Origin: Octopus vulgaris | Lineage: Eukaryota | NCBI GenBank assembly: GCA_951406725.2 | Contig: OX597823.1 | Span: forward strand, 48,918,001 to 48,982,000 | Length of the DNA stretch: 64,000 bases | Direction of reading: 5' to 3' | In this document: positions 13,550 through 25,395 of the stretch, piece by piece | How positions within the stretch are numbered: the first letter of the stretch is position 1 | Layout of the letters: each line of letters begins with the position of its first letter | Notes under the pieces: model-generated | Told to the model about the DNA's origin: nothing | Seen by the model: only the letters and a program-made list of their open reading frames with translations | The model's database searches: none | Program-made: the position numbers and the translations under genes

Positions 13550-13990
13550 AAATACATACATACACATATATATACACACACACATGTCAGTGTTGGCTGA
13601 CATCTATAGGTTTGTTCTGTAGTATATTATAGCATGAAAAACAAACTCTGCACATACATGAGTAATCTATTGATCAAACTAAATGCCAAAGACATGCAAT
13701 TTACACAAACAAGTGTATTAGATTTAATAAAAACCTGAATAATAGTGGTTATACACACAATGTTATCATAGACAAAGCAAAATAGTTGCAGATGAAGCCT
13801 TAACAAAAATTGAAAGCAGTTCATCTGATCCCTTTTTTTTTCTGTCCATAGTGAGATTGTATAAAAAGCCAATTGTCTATGACCACTGTTCATTGTATTT
13901 AAGCTTAATATACAAATGCATTGTCAGCTAAAATCAATGTGGTTGTTCTGTAGTATGTTATGGAATAAAATGGTGTCCACCAACATATTC
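12745..13990. repeat. Old, diverged ~330-bp tandem repeat split by a TA microsatellite
   Basis: Similar blocks at 12750/13076, 13191/13809 and 13609/13941. Confidence 0.55.
13294..13585. repeat. (TA)n-rich microsatellite
   Basis: About 290 bp of TA/TG/CA. Confidence 0.97.
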
Positions 13991-14002
13991 AAATATAGGA
14001 CT

Positions 14003-14455
14003 AGGAGTGGTTGTGTGGTAAGTAGCTTGCTTACCAACCACATGGTTCTGGGTTCAGTCCCACTGTGTGGCACCTTGAGCAAGTGTCTTCTACTATAGCC
14101 TCAGGCTATAGAAGAAATGGATTTGGTAGACGGAAACTGAGAGAAGCCCATCTATCATATATATATGTATATGTGTGTGTGTGTATGTGTATGTGTGTAT
14201 GTGTGTGTATGTGTATGTGCGTGTGTGTGTGTATGTGTGTGTTTGTGTGTCTATGTTTGTCCCCCCAACATCACTTGACAACTGATGCTGGTGTGTTTAC
14301 ATCCCTGTAATTTAGTGGTTTGGCAAAAGACACTGATAAAATATGTACTAGGCTTACAAAGAATAAGTCCTTAGGTCGATTTGCTTGACTCTAGGCGGTG
14401 CTCTAGCATGGCCACAGTCAAATGACTGAAACAAGTAAGAGAGTAAAATAGTATA
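14003..14455 (+). mobile_element. SINE family A, full length (tRNA-derived head, CORE-like box, CR1-like tail)
   Basis: GGAGTGGTTGTGTGGTAAG A-box, GGTTCAGTCCC B-box, GGCACCTTGAGCAAGT, tail GGTGCTCTAGCATGGCCACAGTCAAATGACTGAAAC. Confidence 0.9.
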
Positions 14456-14529
14456 AAAAGATACTACATAGTAGTATTAAAAAAATATCAGAAGAACCAC
14501 ATCATGGCAGTGGACCTGTGGTTGTAGAT

Positions 14530-14960
14530 TACTGGTGTCAGGAACGTCAGTGTCCTGAGAATAATGAAAAGGAATAAGAGCCACTAATACTGCAGCCTGT
14601 TTTTTAATTAAAATTGTGGTCTTATATGAATTTGAACCATCAATATTTTGGATTAAGTATTCCTTACCACTACTACACTGGAAGACAAAAATTGCCCAAA
14701 TCTAAGCAATGGATGATTCAAAGCATATATTATTATAAAATGCACAAGAATATGTTCTTGCCAGGTGAGGTCTTCCACTTACCTTTGTATATTGCTGTGT
14801 TGCTTATAAAGTTTTGCATACTCCAGTTTGACTCATTTTTCATTACTAAGCACCTGTCACTCCTTTCAGCAAGATACAACAGTTGGGGGTTTGTGTTTTG
14901 TCTATTAATCAGTCTTGTTTTGAAAATGATGTCCATCAGTCTACAGGGTACAAAACTGCC
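14530..14960 (+). mobile_element. Possible decayed RTE endonuclease fragment
   Basis: FGLS..YTGRQKL..IYYY..IAVLLIK..LLSARYN weakly resembles the APE N-terminus. Confidence 0.3.
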
Positions 14961-14994
14961 ATGTTCTGTTAGTGTGGAAAGTATACTTGTTTTA

Positions 14995-15203
14995 AATTCT
15001 GGCACAAGGCCAGCAACTTTAGTGGAAGGGCTAAGTCAGTTACATTGACCTCAGTACTCAACTGGTATTTATTTTATCAACCCCCAAAACAAAGAAAGGT
15101 AAAGTTGACCTCAGTAGAATGTGAACTCAGGACATAAAGATTGATGAAATGCTGTTTAGCATTTTGCCTGGCATTTTTGCGATTCTGCCAGCTTGCTGCC
15201 TTA
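14995..15203 (-). mobile_element. SINE family B
   Basis: Reverse complement of 27924-28144-type copy. Confidence 0.8.
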
Positions 15204-16729
15204 GTGTGGATTTAATTGTGCAAAACTGTTCAAGGCGGAAATATTTTCTGGCTTCAACATAATGATAAAGAGAATAATGACAAAGGGATTTTATAGCTTA
15301 GTCAGAGAAGTAAAAGCAGCAAACATAAAGATCTATCAGAGGCCTATTCAGAAAGCTTGCATCAGATTTGACTTTTCTAAAAGCACCCAAGAGCCTTGTT
15401 GGGGTGTTAAATTAGACAACAAATTACATGTCTGACTTAAGAACTAACTTTGTTATAGATTTTTCTGTATCTTTCAATTTTAACTCATAAAGCTTAAGTT
15501 TGGCTTGAGATGATAACAGAAGATATTTACTGAAGGTTTTACATCTTTAAATCTACTAAACTGTTATGTTTCCCTACCTTTGTTGCTAAATGCCATAAAC
15601 ACTCAGATACTTACTATGTTCTTCAACTTTCATACCCTTGTATATCAGGTGGTGACTGTTAGCAAATTTAAAATGTATGTATAGCTCGCTGCCTCCATAA
15701 ACATCAGAACAAATCACCACCATCACCATCACCATCACCACCACTCCCACCCTCACCACCACCACCACCTAGGGTGCCGCACGGGCACTTTTAGGAAACA
15801 CTACTCTAAATCATACAGCCATGGTGTCTGTGCCCATAGTAACAAAAGAGTAAAAAAGAAAATGAAGCATAAAAATAGTTTTATGCTTTAGTTAAGTTAT
15901 TCATAAATGGTAAGGACAAATTAGTCTGTCAGAAAACAAGAAAACAGTGGAAGACGAATAAATAGAATAAAAATAGCAGACAATAAAGAAGCAATAGTAT
16001 GGGTTGTCTGTGATTAATTGGAAACAGTTTAGAACCAACAAAGTAAATTATAAGCAGAAACAATTTTGCTGACATATTCAATATATTCTAATATACAGAT
16101 ATCTGTAAAATATAAAATAAAACCAGAATATTTTACAGGATAATGTAGTAATCCAGAAATATATTTACATTTACATGAAAAAATTTGACCAAAATATGCA
16201 TGTGGTATTTTGCTATTTTTGCTATTGTTTGTTTGCTTGTATGTGTGCATGTGTGTGTGTGTGTGTGTGTGTATACATGTATATATAGACACACACATGC
16301 ACGTGCTCACAAACTCACACACATACACGAATATATACTGGTTTTGTGTTTGGCTTGCAAGATTCTTGATGTGGACTTGTGCATTGAAACAAATTTTATT
16401 ATAAATCAGAAGACCAGTAACCCCATAAAGGGAGAATTGATTTGAACTGTGATACCTCATCCAACGGATACCAACATGGAAAATGGATTTGTGAGTAAGA
16501 AGCTAGCTTCCCAAACAAGTGGCCTTGGGTTCAAATTCACTGTGAGGTAAATGTATACATACATACATACATACATACATACATACATACATACATACAT
16601 ACATACATACATACATACATACATACATACATACACACACACACATACACACACATATATATTTATATATTTATGTGTATGTGTATGTGTATATATTTAT
16701 CTATGTATATATGTTTGTGTATATATATA

Positions 16730-16767
<38 letters not shown>

Positions 16768-16836
16768 GGAAAATGGAGAGTTTGAACTCAGAAAAAAATT
16801 AATTTAGTTATGTAATAGTCAATTTAATATCGACTA

Positions 16837-17043
16837 TATGTATCAATTTCTTACCTTCATTCACATTTTGTAATCAAGATTGCATTATGCATTTAAAAGG
16901 TAAAAATCTTTTCAAGGCAAAAATTGGTGAATATTCATTCACATCCTAATGGATGGAGAGTTGCTTACAGAGATTTTTAACTTTTAAATGCATAAAACAA
17001 TCTTAATTGTAAAATATGAATGATGGTAAGAAATTGAAACGTA
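16837..17043. repeat. ~205-bp palindrome (MITE-like)
   Basis: Arms 16837-16909 / 16970-17043, e.g. CAATTTCTTACCTTCATTCACATTTT vs AAAATATGAATGATGGTAAGAAATTG; TA at both ends. Confidence 0.75.
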
Positions 17044-17524
17044 CGAAGGCAATATGAAACTGACTATTACATAAATAAATTGAATTCAAACTCTCCATTT
17101 TCCTTATATTATATTATTAAAATTCTGTTCTCCTATATTAAATAGATGAAAACATCTACAACGACAACAGGAACATCATAAGTGTTAACATTAATACTAA
17201 TACAAATTAATGAAATCCCAAATATATTAATCTATATGGAGCTAAACCAGTGTATGCTTGAATAAAATACATCTTTGTGAAAGACCAGACTCTTTCCATT
17301 TGAAACTTCATATATATATATATATATATATAAATTAGAAAAAAACACCTTTTATCAATTCAAAAATTAATAGACTATAGTAAACAAATTAATAGTAGTA
17401 GTAAAATCACTTCGATATAAATATAAATTTAATGACTTGTACTAGCATTGTGTATATTAATTAATTTTAAAGTATTGAATAATTTAAGTACTGTTTTAGT
17501 TTTCACTTAATGTATATTTAGTAT

Positions 17525-17588
<64 letters not shown>

Positions 17589-17627
17589 ATATTTATTAAT
17601 GAATTATTTTATCATTCTAGTTTATTT

Positions 17628-17731
17628 TAACCTGATGAGTGGCTATATTTATATCGAAGTGATTTTACTACTACTATTAATTTTTTTACAATAATCATTT
17701 CTTAAATATAGCCACGAAGCATGTGTCATTA
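17628..17731 (+). ncRNA. Hammerhead ribozyme motif, probably inactivated
   Basis: TAAC CTGATGA GTGGCTATATTTA...TAAATATAGCCAC GAAG C ATGT GTC ATTA; perfect 13-bp stem II; GAAA>GAAG. Confidence 0.75.
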
Positions 17732-17900
17732 TTCTACCAATTATATGCGCTTTTATTATTATTATTTTTTTGCAATTTACTTGATCATTGGTATTTTATT
17801 GTTATTTTAATTTTAACATTTCTATTATAAGTAATTTTCGAGATGGTGTAATTTAACTGTTCATTTTGAATTGATAAAAGGTGTTTTTTTTCTAATTTAT

Positions 17901-18025
17901 ATCCAGTCAGATCTGGCAGTGTGACTGGGCCTGACGAAGCCTTCCAGCTTCACAGACCCCAGTTGACCCGTCCAACCCATGCTAGCATGGAAAGCGGACG
18001 CTAAACGATGATGATGATGATGATG
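17901..18025 (+). mobile_element. Family C 3' fragment with (GAT)n tail
   Basis: CCAACCCATGCTAGCATGGAAAGCGGACGCTAAACGATGATGAT. Confidence 0.8.
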
Positions 18026-18107
18026 ATATTATATTGTGGGAAATTTGATTTAGCATTTCTAAATTGAATATTTTCTCCTTGTAAGTTAGGATTAATAATC
18101 CTTCAAA

Positions 18108-18153
<46 letters not shown>

Positions 18154-18364
18154 TATGCATATATATATGTATATACACACACATATATAATACACACACA
18201 CACACACAAACATATACACATTTGTTTCTGCACCCATATCAGCTTTAGGCTGCTAAGTTTATATTCATATGCCATATTATGAAATTATTCTTTATAATTA
18301 CTCTATAGTTGAATGTTTTCCAGCAACAGCTGTGGGTGCTTCATCAGGTGGAATACAATTAAGT

Positions 18365-18670
18365 CCTGCTGTGTGTGTGAGTGTTTGTGTTTGTGTGTGT
18401 GTGTGTGGGGGGTGCACATGCGTGTGTGTGTGTATGTGTGTGTGTGTGTGTATCTATGTCTGCTTGTGTTGTATGTTCCCCACCACTGTTTCACAATTGA
18501 TATTGGTTTGCTTATACCTCTGATACCTAGTGGTTCAGCAAAAGAGACCAATAGAATGAGAACCAGACTGAAAAAAGGAAGTAAGTGCTGGGGTTGATTT
18601 GTCTGACTAAATCCTTCAAGACAGTACCCCTGCAGTCCAATGACTGAAAGAAGTAAAAGATAGAAGATAA
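18365..18670 (+). mobile_element. SINE family A 3' half
   Basis: (TG)n then CAAAAGAGACCAATAGAATGAG...AATGACTGAAAGAAGTAAAAGA. Confidence 0.7.
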
Positions 18671-19204
18671 AGTAACAGGGTCATAACACTGGTCAACAGC
18701 CAATTTTCATCAAGGATATTAAATGGTGTTTTATATGTAGTTTTGTCTGTAGATTTCAAAAATGTTATCTGTACACAATAATTTTAATTTTGTACAATAA
18801 AAAGCCATGAAATTATCATATCTTGTATTCAATATACTTTATATAAACATGCTTTACACATCCTATAAATTAAAACAGCAGGTATCATTAACATGAAAAT
18901 GTGACCTGATAGAGGAAATCAGACTACAGATTTGTAATCAGTATCAAAAGTTAACCCAGAAAAGTCAATCAGCAACTCTGATGATTAAAAAAACTTTCAT
19001 TTTGTGTGTATGTGTGTGAGAATAAGGACATATGTGATGATGGATTGAGAAATCCTTTGATAGAGGAGGATAAAAACAAAGGCACAGAACTGTTGAAATG
19101 TGTTAGACCAAGACATCAAAAATGCTAATGTACAGAAATAAGCAACAGGCAGACTCAAGCAGACTGATGCATACATACATTATACATCCGTTTTGTATGT
19201 ATGT

Positions 19205-19530
19205 GTAGCACTCTGTTGGTTATGACGATGTGGGTTCCATTTGGTCCAATCAATGGAACACCCAGCTTGTAAAATTAATGTATATGTGTCTGAGCACTTC
19301 ACAGACAAGCGCACCCTTAACATAATTCTCAGGGAGATTCAGTATGGCACAGAGTGTGACAAGGTTGGCTCTTTGAAATACAGGCACTACTCATTTTTGC
19401 CCATGAACAGACTGAAGCAACATAAAGTAAAGTGTCTTGATCAAGGACACAATGCATTGCTGGGAATTGACCTCATGACCTTACGAATGCGAACCAAATA
19501 CCTTAATTACTAAGCTATGCACCTTCACAT
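19205..19530 (-). mobile_element. SINE with family D-type head
   Basis: Reverse complement of GCTTAGTAATTAAGGTATTTGGTTCGC...GTGTCCTTGATCAAGACACTTTACTT head. Confidence 0.6.
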
Positions 19531-19619
19531 ATATCCAGTTTTATAGCTCCAGTATATCCAGTATATCAATAATTGCAACTTGGAGATCAGGGGGTCTCTC
19601 CAGGCCATGCCACTAATTC

Positions 19620-19850
19620 TCAACTCCAGCATTACTGACATGTGATTAGAATGTCACAAGATTCTTCAAGCTGAGCCAACCAGCAAGAGACTTAAGGATG
19701 TACCAGGAACAAAATGGTTGGATAATATCCATAGTCTCATGCGCGGGATTCCTGCTGGAAAGCCTGATGGTTGCTTCTGATAGGACCAAATGGAGGAGGT
19801 GCATGAGAAATCAATCTTCACAAAATCCATCTTAGGACCAGATGATGGAG
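19620..19850 (+). mobile_element. RTE-like LINE 3' coding remnant
   Basis: KILQAEPTSKR..P.TKWLDNI...DRTKWRR peptide traces. Confidence 0.5.
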
Positions 19851-19998
19851 AAAACAGATAGATGGATGAATTGAGGGCACATCATTCATGAGGTTGTTAA
19901 TGGGACCAAATGGACTTAATCAAACCAGTTGATTGAGTAATCAATTGGATGACTGGTTAAGTGATCGATTAGTTAATAGGTTAATTAGATAACTACTT

Positions 19999-20272
19999 GA
20001 GCAAGTGGCTCAGTGGTTAGAGCATCAGGTTTACAACCATGAGCTAATGAGTTTGGTTCTCAGTCCATGCTGTGTGTTATGTTCTTGAGCAAGACACTTT
20101 ATTTTACGTTACTCCAGTTCACTCGGCTGTAGAAATGAGTTGCAGCATCACTGGTGTCAAGCTGTATCAGCCTTTGCTTTTCCATTGGATAACATCGGTG
20201 GCATGGAGAGGGAAGGCAGCTATGCATGGATGACTGCTGGTCTTCCATAAACAACCTTGCCTGGACTTGTGA
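19999..20272 (+). mobile_element. SINE with family D-type head
   Basis: GTGGCTCAGTGGTTAGAGC A-box; GTTCTTGAGCAAGACACTTTATTTTACGTTACTCCAGTTCACTC. Confidence 0.7.
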
Positions 20273-20466
20273 ATTGACTAACAATAGTAAAAAGAAATGA
20301 AATATGAAATAAATCCTATGTGAGTGTGTGCATTTTTATTAGCAAATTTAGAAGATACAACAACATTTGTTTCAAAATATGATTTCATATCACAAATCTT
20401 GTAAAACATCAATAAAAAAAAATCTCATATATAGTTTCAGGCTTGAATTAATTTTATTTCCTCTCT

Positions 20467-20865
20467 GGAGTGGGTGTGTGGTAAGTAGCTTGCTTACCAG
20501 CCACATGTATCTGGGTCCAGTTCCACTGAATGGCACCTTCAGCAAGTGTCTTCTGCTATAGCTTCAGGCCGACCAAAGCCTTGTGAGTGGATTTGGTAGA
20601 TGGAAACTGAAAGAAGCCTGTCATATATATGTATATAAATGTATGTGGGTGTCGGTGTTTGTGTGTCTGTGTTTGTCCCCCCAACATCGCTTGACAACCG
20701 ATGCTAGTGTGTTTGCATCCCTGTAACTTAGCGGTTTGGCAAAGGAGACCGATAGAGTAAGTATTAGGCTTACAAAGACTAAGTCCTGGGGTCGATTTAC
20801 TCGACTAAAGGCGGTGCTCCAGCATGGCCGCAGTCAAATGACTGAAACAAGTAAAAGAGTAAAAA
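20467..20865 (+). mobile_element. SINE family A, full length
   Basis: Complete head to AAGTAAAAGAG tail. Confidence 0.9.
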
Positions 20866-21570
20866 AGTAGTATTAAGGACTTAAAAAAAATTTTCTGGTT
20901 TGATTTTATTGCACTCCTCACTAAGTAATAGCAATTTGCACCACACCTTATTTTTCAACGATATGTATTGCAAACAATAGATTTTATTATTCTAAGTTAG
21001 ACAATAGTTTTTAGTTTCATCCAGCATTGCTGGTAACCTATACAAAATAAAGCTTGTCCTACAACATAAAGTATACTAAGTCAAATATCGGGACCAAATA
21101 CCTAGTTCAAACTGTTTTAACTATATGGAGATAATTTATAAATTTCATGTAAGAAGATATGTGTGTGCACACACAGACACACGCATGCATAGACACATAC
21201 ACATACACACATACACATGTATATTGATATGTGTATATCTGTTTTGCAATCTATCTATATTTCTCTATGTGTGTATGTGTGTGTGTATGTGTGTGTGTGT
21301 GTGTCTATGTGTGTGTTTGTGTACATCATCATTTAATTTTTGTATTCCACCCTGGCATGGGTAAACCAGTTTGAGAAGATCCGAAAAGCATGAGGAAAAG
21401 CTCCAGTGTCTGACGTGAGATGTTTATAATAGCAGAAGTCTATAATAGCAGAAGTCTATAACAGAAGACAATTTTCTAAAGTACTGTGAGATTGAACTGA
21501 CAAACACATGCTGTAAAGTGACCTGCTTTACTACACAAACATTCCTCTGTCTATATCTCTCTGTGCATTT

Positions 21571-21890
21571 ATCATCATCATCCTCATCATCATCATTTAA
21601 TGTCCACTCTCCATGTTGGCATGGATTGGATAGTTTGACTGATGACTGGCAAGCCAGGAGGCTGCAGCAGGCACCAATCTGATAATCTCATCATCATCAT
21701 CATCGTTTAACGTCCGTTTTCCGCGCTAGCATGGGTTGGACGGTTCGACCGGGGTCTGGGAAGCCAGGGGCTGCTCCAGGCTCCAGTCTGATCTGGCAGA
21801 GTTTCTACGGCTGGATGCCCTTCCTAACGCCAACCACTCCGCGAGTGTAGTGGGTGCTTTTTACATGCCACCTGCACAGGTGCCAGGGGG
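21571..21890 (-). mobile_element. Two adjacent or nested family C copies
   Basis: (CAT)n starts at 21571 and 21689; the second copy is CpG-rich (young). Confidence 0.8.
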
Positions 21891-21907
21891 GTGGGGTAGA
21901 TAGGTAG

Positions 21908-22105
21908 GAGGGGCTGGTGTAAAGTTTCAGGCTTTGGGTAAAAGAAAACACGGGTGGATCAGTTAATTATTCCCCTCTTGGATTCACAAACTTATTGCAG
22001 TGGTCCTTCGGTTTTCCTAAGCTCTATAAAAGAACTCGGAAGGTTGGATCTCCAACTAGGCATTTCGTGGTACTCTTAAAGTCATGAACTTTCACGAACC
22101 ACCTT
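21908..22105 (-). mobile_element. Mariner-derived MITE or deletion derivative
   Basis: Imperfect TIRs GGCTGGTGTAAAGTTTCAGGCTTT / AAAGTCATGAACTTTCACGAACC; interior resembles a transposase C-terminus (NKFVNPRGE). Confidence 0.5.
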
Positions 22106-22806
22106 TAAATCATACATTTCAGAATAGCCTTAAATTCCATCAACAAGCATCAAGTAAGATTTCTCTGAGTGATATCTTACTTAAATTCCATCAACAGACA
22201 TTAATGTCATTAACAATATTGAAGAACAATTCCTTACCTTTAGATTTTATTGACATAGCCTTAACAGTGAAAATTTATTTGAAAATCATAACAAGCAACC
22301 TATCATATTTCTCTTCTTTAGTTTGCTTAACTCATAAAGCTGAAGACATTCTGGTGTGCTGGCTGTAACCATAGTGTAGTGGTTCTTCATTAACAGTATC
22401 ATCAATTCTATGAATAATTAATCATCATTAATTTGGGTGAGATTATGAAACAAATCATTGGCAATAAGAGGACATTTTTCGTATCTATGTGCAAATATAA
22501 TTACACGCCAGTTTACTGGTGGTTCTATGAAACACTGTTATCTAATACACACACATGCATATATTTGTGCATATGTATCTATACATATATGCATATATAC
22601 ACATGTGCGCACACACACACACACACATATATATCTTATAACTTATAAAATCAAAGTGTTAAGTGGGACTAGCATTTGATAAAATGAGAAGGGTGCAAGG
22701 GCAATAGTGTGAGAGGAAACATGGTGGCATAGAGTGTGTGACTGATACAAGGGAAGGGAGGACCAGAGTTATGTAAGTGATAAATATGGAATGGCATAGT
22801 AACATT

Positions 22807-23210
22807 CTTTTCTACTTTAGGCACAAGGCCCCAATTTTTTTTGGGGGGGGTGGGGGGTGGCAGTCGATTAGATTGACCCCAGTACGCAACTGGTACTTAA
22901 TTGATCGACCTCGAAATGATGAAAGGCAAAGTCAGCCTCACGGGAATTTGAACTAAGAACATAGAGACAGACGAAATACCTATTTCTTTATTACCCACAA
23001 GGGGCTAAACACAGAAGGGACAAACAAGGACAGACATAGGTATTAAATCGATTACATCGACCCCAGTGCGTAACTGGTACTTAATTTATCGACCCCGAAA
23101 GGATGAAAGGCAACGTCGACATCGGCGGAATTTGAACTCACAACGTAACGCAGACGAAATACCGCTAAGCATTTTGCTCGGCGTGCTAGCGTTTCTGCCA
23201 ACTCGCTGCT
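22807..23210 (-). mobile_element. Two nested or tandem family B SINEs
   Basis: GATTGACCCCAGT..AACTGGTACTTAA..GATGAAAGGCAA..GGAATTTGAACT occurs twice (22870, 23058). Confidence 0.85.
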
Positions 23211-23789
23211 TTGGTGAGATAGTAACACTAATAGAATTGTCGTACAGAGATACACACGTGTGTGCTTTCAATCTCTTTCTCACTCACTCGCGTCTCTTTC
23301 TCTCTGTCTCTTGCTCTCTTTCTCTTTGACTCTCACTCTCTGTTTGTTTATCTGTCTGTCTTTCTCTTTGTAACACACACACACACATACACACTCTCAC
23401 AAATCTATAAAGTATTTGACAACGTTTAAACCGAAATTATCCGGAAATAACCGAAGTATTCCTTTTTTTCCGTTTATGAACAGACGTTAAAGAAGTTATC
23501 GTCTGCTAAATATTTAGAGTCAATTCACTTTTCTTTTCACGAAGACGATGTTTCGAGTCAACATTGAAGGTGAAGGAATCTTATTAATTTCGTTTTTATA
23601 ATTTACAAAATTATAATCACTCATTCATCTATCTCAAAGATAGAAAGACAGATTTCTAAAGGGGAAATTGCTATTATTTAATATCTAATGTCTTATGGCG
23701 TTGTAACATTCCGTTACCTTCTGTTTACAAAACCATCTAAAGTTTAAACTGAAGTTGAAGTCTCTTGCCGAATTTATTGAAAAATATTC

Positions 23790-24890
23790 AACAATTACAT
23801 TAATTTATTAATTCACTCCTTTAATAAAGTTATGGGTGATGGTAACTGTATGTTCAGAGCTGTGTTACTTTTGCTCAAAAACAACAGAAATTACCAAACT
23901 CTCCAGGAAGAGTCCGTACGATACATATGTATTAATTAGGAGTATTTTCATTCTTTTATTTCTAATAGCACGATGCAGGAATACCAAGCATACATGAGTT
24001 GGGATGGAATATACGGCAGTAATGTTGAATTAGCCGTCATTAGTGAATTGTACAATGCTGCAATTCAGGTTCATCCCCAAAATGACGATGGAATTATTCT
24101 TTCTCTTTTTACTATTTGTGGTCGAACAGTTAAAGAAAGGAAGGTTTCAGTGTTATATAGTGGCGAATTTGACAACAGCCGCTACGATGGTCTCTTTCCC
24201 ATAAACGATCATGAGCATGAAAGAAATGAAGAAGGAAATGAAATATCACAAGACAGTAAAAAAGACAAAATAATGAGAATTCAAACACTTAATATGAAAA
24301 TTGTAGAAGAAAGTAAAAACCATCGGAAATTTAGGTTGCAAAAAGTGATGGAATATGAGAGGAGGACAAGAGAACAAGAAGGTGATAAATATAAGGAAAT
24401 AAGCTTGCAGAGAAAGAAAGAAAATTATAGAAATAAAAAAGTACAAGAAAATATAAAAAGATAAAGAAATACGATTGCAAAAAAGGAGAGAAAAAGGTAG
24501 AATAAATAGAAAACAAGAAAGTGAAAGTGACCGAAAAATACGACTAAAAAGGAGAAAGCTTTCCAGAGAAAATCAGCAGAAAAAGTATAGACGATTTCAA
24601 TGGCAAGGTGTAGCATTTAATTATGATCCTAATCGTAATTACGCATCTGAAAAATTGTCTCCCGGGACTATGAGCAAAACATGTGAAAAGTGAGGTGCTA
24701 GGAAGTGGGACAAGGAATCATTAGGTATGTGTTGTTCTAAAGGTAAAGTCCTTTAACAAATAAGTGAGCCTCCAGAACTTATAAAATATCCTCTTTTGGG
24801 TACCACTTGAGAATCAAAACACTTTCTTAAAAATATTCGAACATGCAATTGTGCTTTTCAAATGACATCATTTGGGGCAAAAATGATGTC
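23790..24890 (+). pseudogene. Helitron 5' coding fragment: OTU cysteine protease, charged linker, Rep N-terminal Zn-finger
   Basis: KVMGDGNCMFRAV...N*EYF...GIYGSNVELAVISELY...RYD (OTU, in-frame TAG at 23937); AFNYDP...TCEK*GARKWDKESLGMCCSKGKV...SKHFLKNIRTCNCAFQMTSFGA (Helitron Rep N-terminus). Confidence 0.85.
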
Positions 24891-24999
24891 ATTTGACATC
24901 ATTGTTGCCCTCCCCGCCCCACACACACACACGGAATTACAATTGGGGAAATTAAGAGATCAGAAATTGGGGTTGGTGAAGTCATGGAAATTCTCTGAT

Positions 25000-25392
25000 A
25001 ACCACTTCTGACTCTTTCCAGAGGTATAGCAAATAACCAAACCTTGCAGCCACACATATGGCCTTCCAGCAGCAATTCTCTCCAGTCAAGGATTGACCAC
25101 AGACTCCAGCAGTATCTCAATTGAACCTAAGGCTCTGTACAAAACTGTTGGATGGCATGATATTACCCTCACTAGAGATACACACAAAGACCATCATGGT
25201 TTGGGGTAACTTGGTTTTCATGATACGTGGGACATCAGATGGATTGTAGGCAAACCACCTGATGTTTTGGGTGTTGTGCAACTGGTTCTGGCAGAAGGAT
25301 GCCTCAGCTTGTTCAGAAACTTCTTTGCCTTTGTCAGGCAGTTCTCCTTGGCTTTGGCTGTCAGAATTTGTCCCTTGCACATCTTATATGAG
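25000..25392 (-). mobile_element. maT (DD37D)-like transposase fragment
   Basis: FCQNQLHNTQNIRWFA...TKLPQTMMVFVCISSEG; similar to the element at 45433. Confidence 0.7.
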
Positions 25393-25395
25393 TGC

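Larger units (their letters stand above)
17333..18111 (+). mobile_element. HHR-bearing element with partial inverted 3' copy, TA-flanked (family H4)
   Basis: 17330-17366 is the inverse of 17864-17900 and 17375-17425 the inverse of 17645-17690; interrupted by family C at 17901-18025. Confidence 0.7.

Noticed and set aside
14003-14075. tRNA-like A/B boxes in SINE heads
   Set aside because: No complete cloverleaf; they continue into SINE bodies, so not tRNA genes
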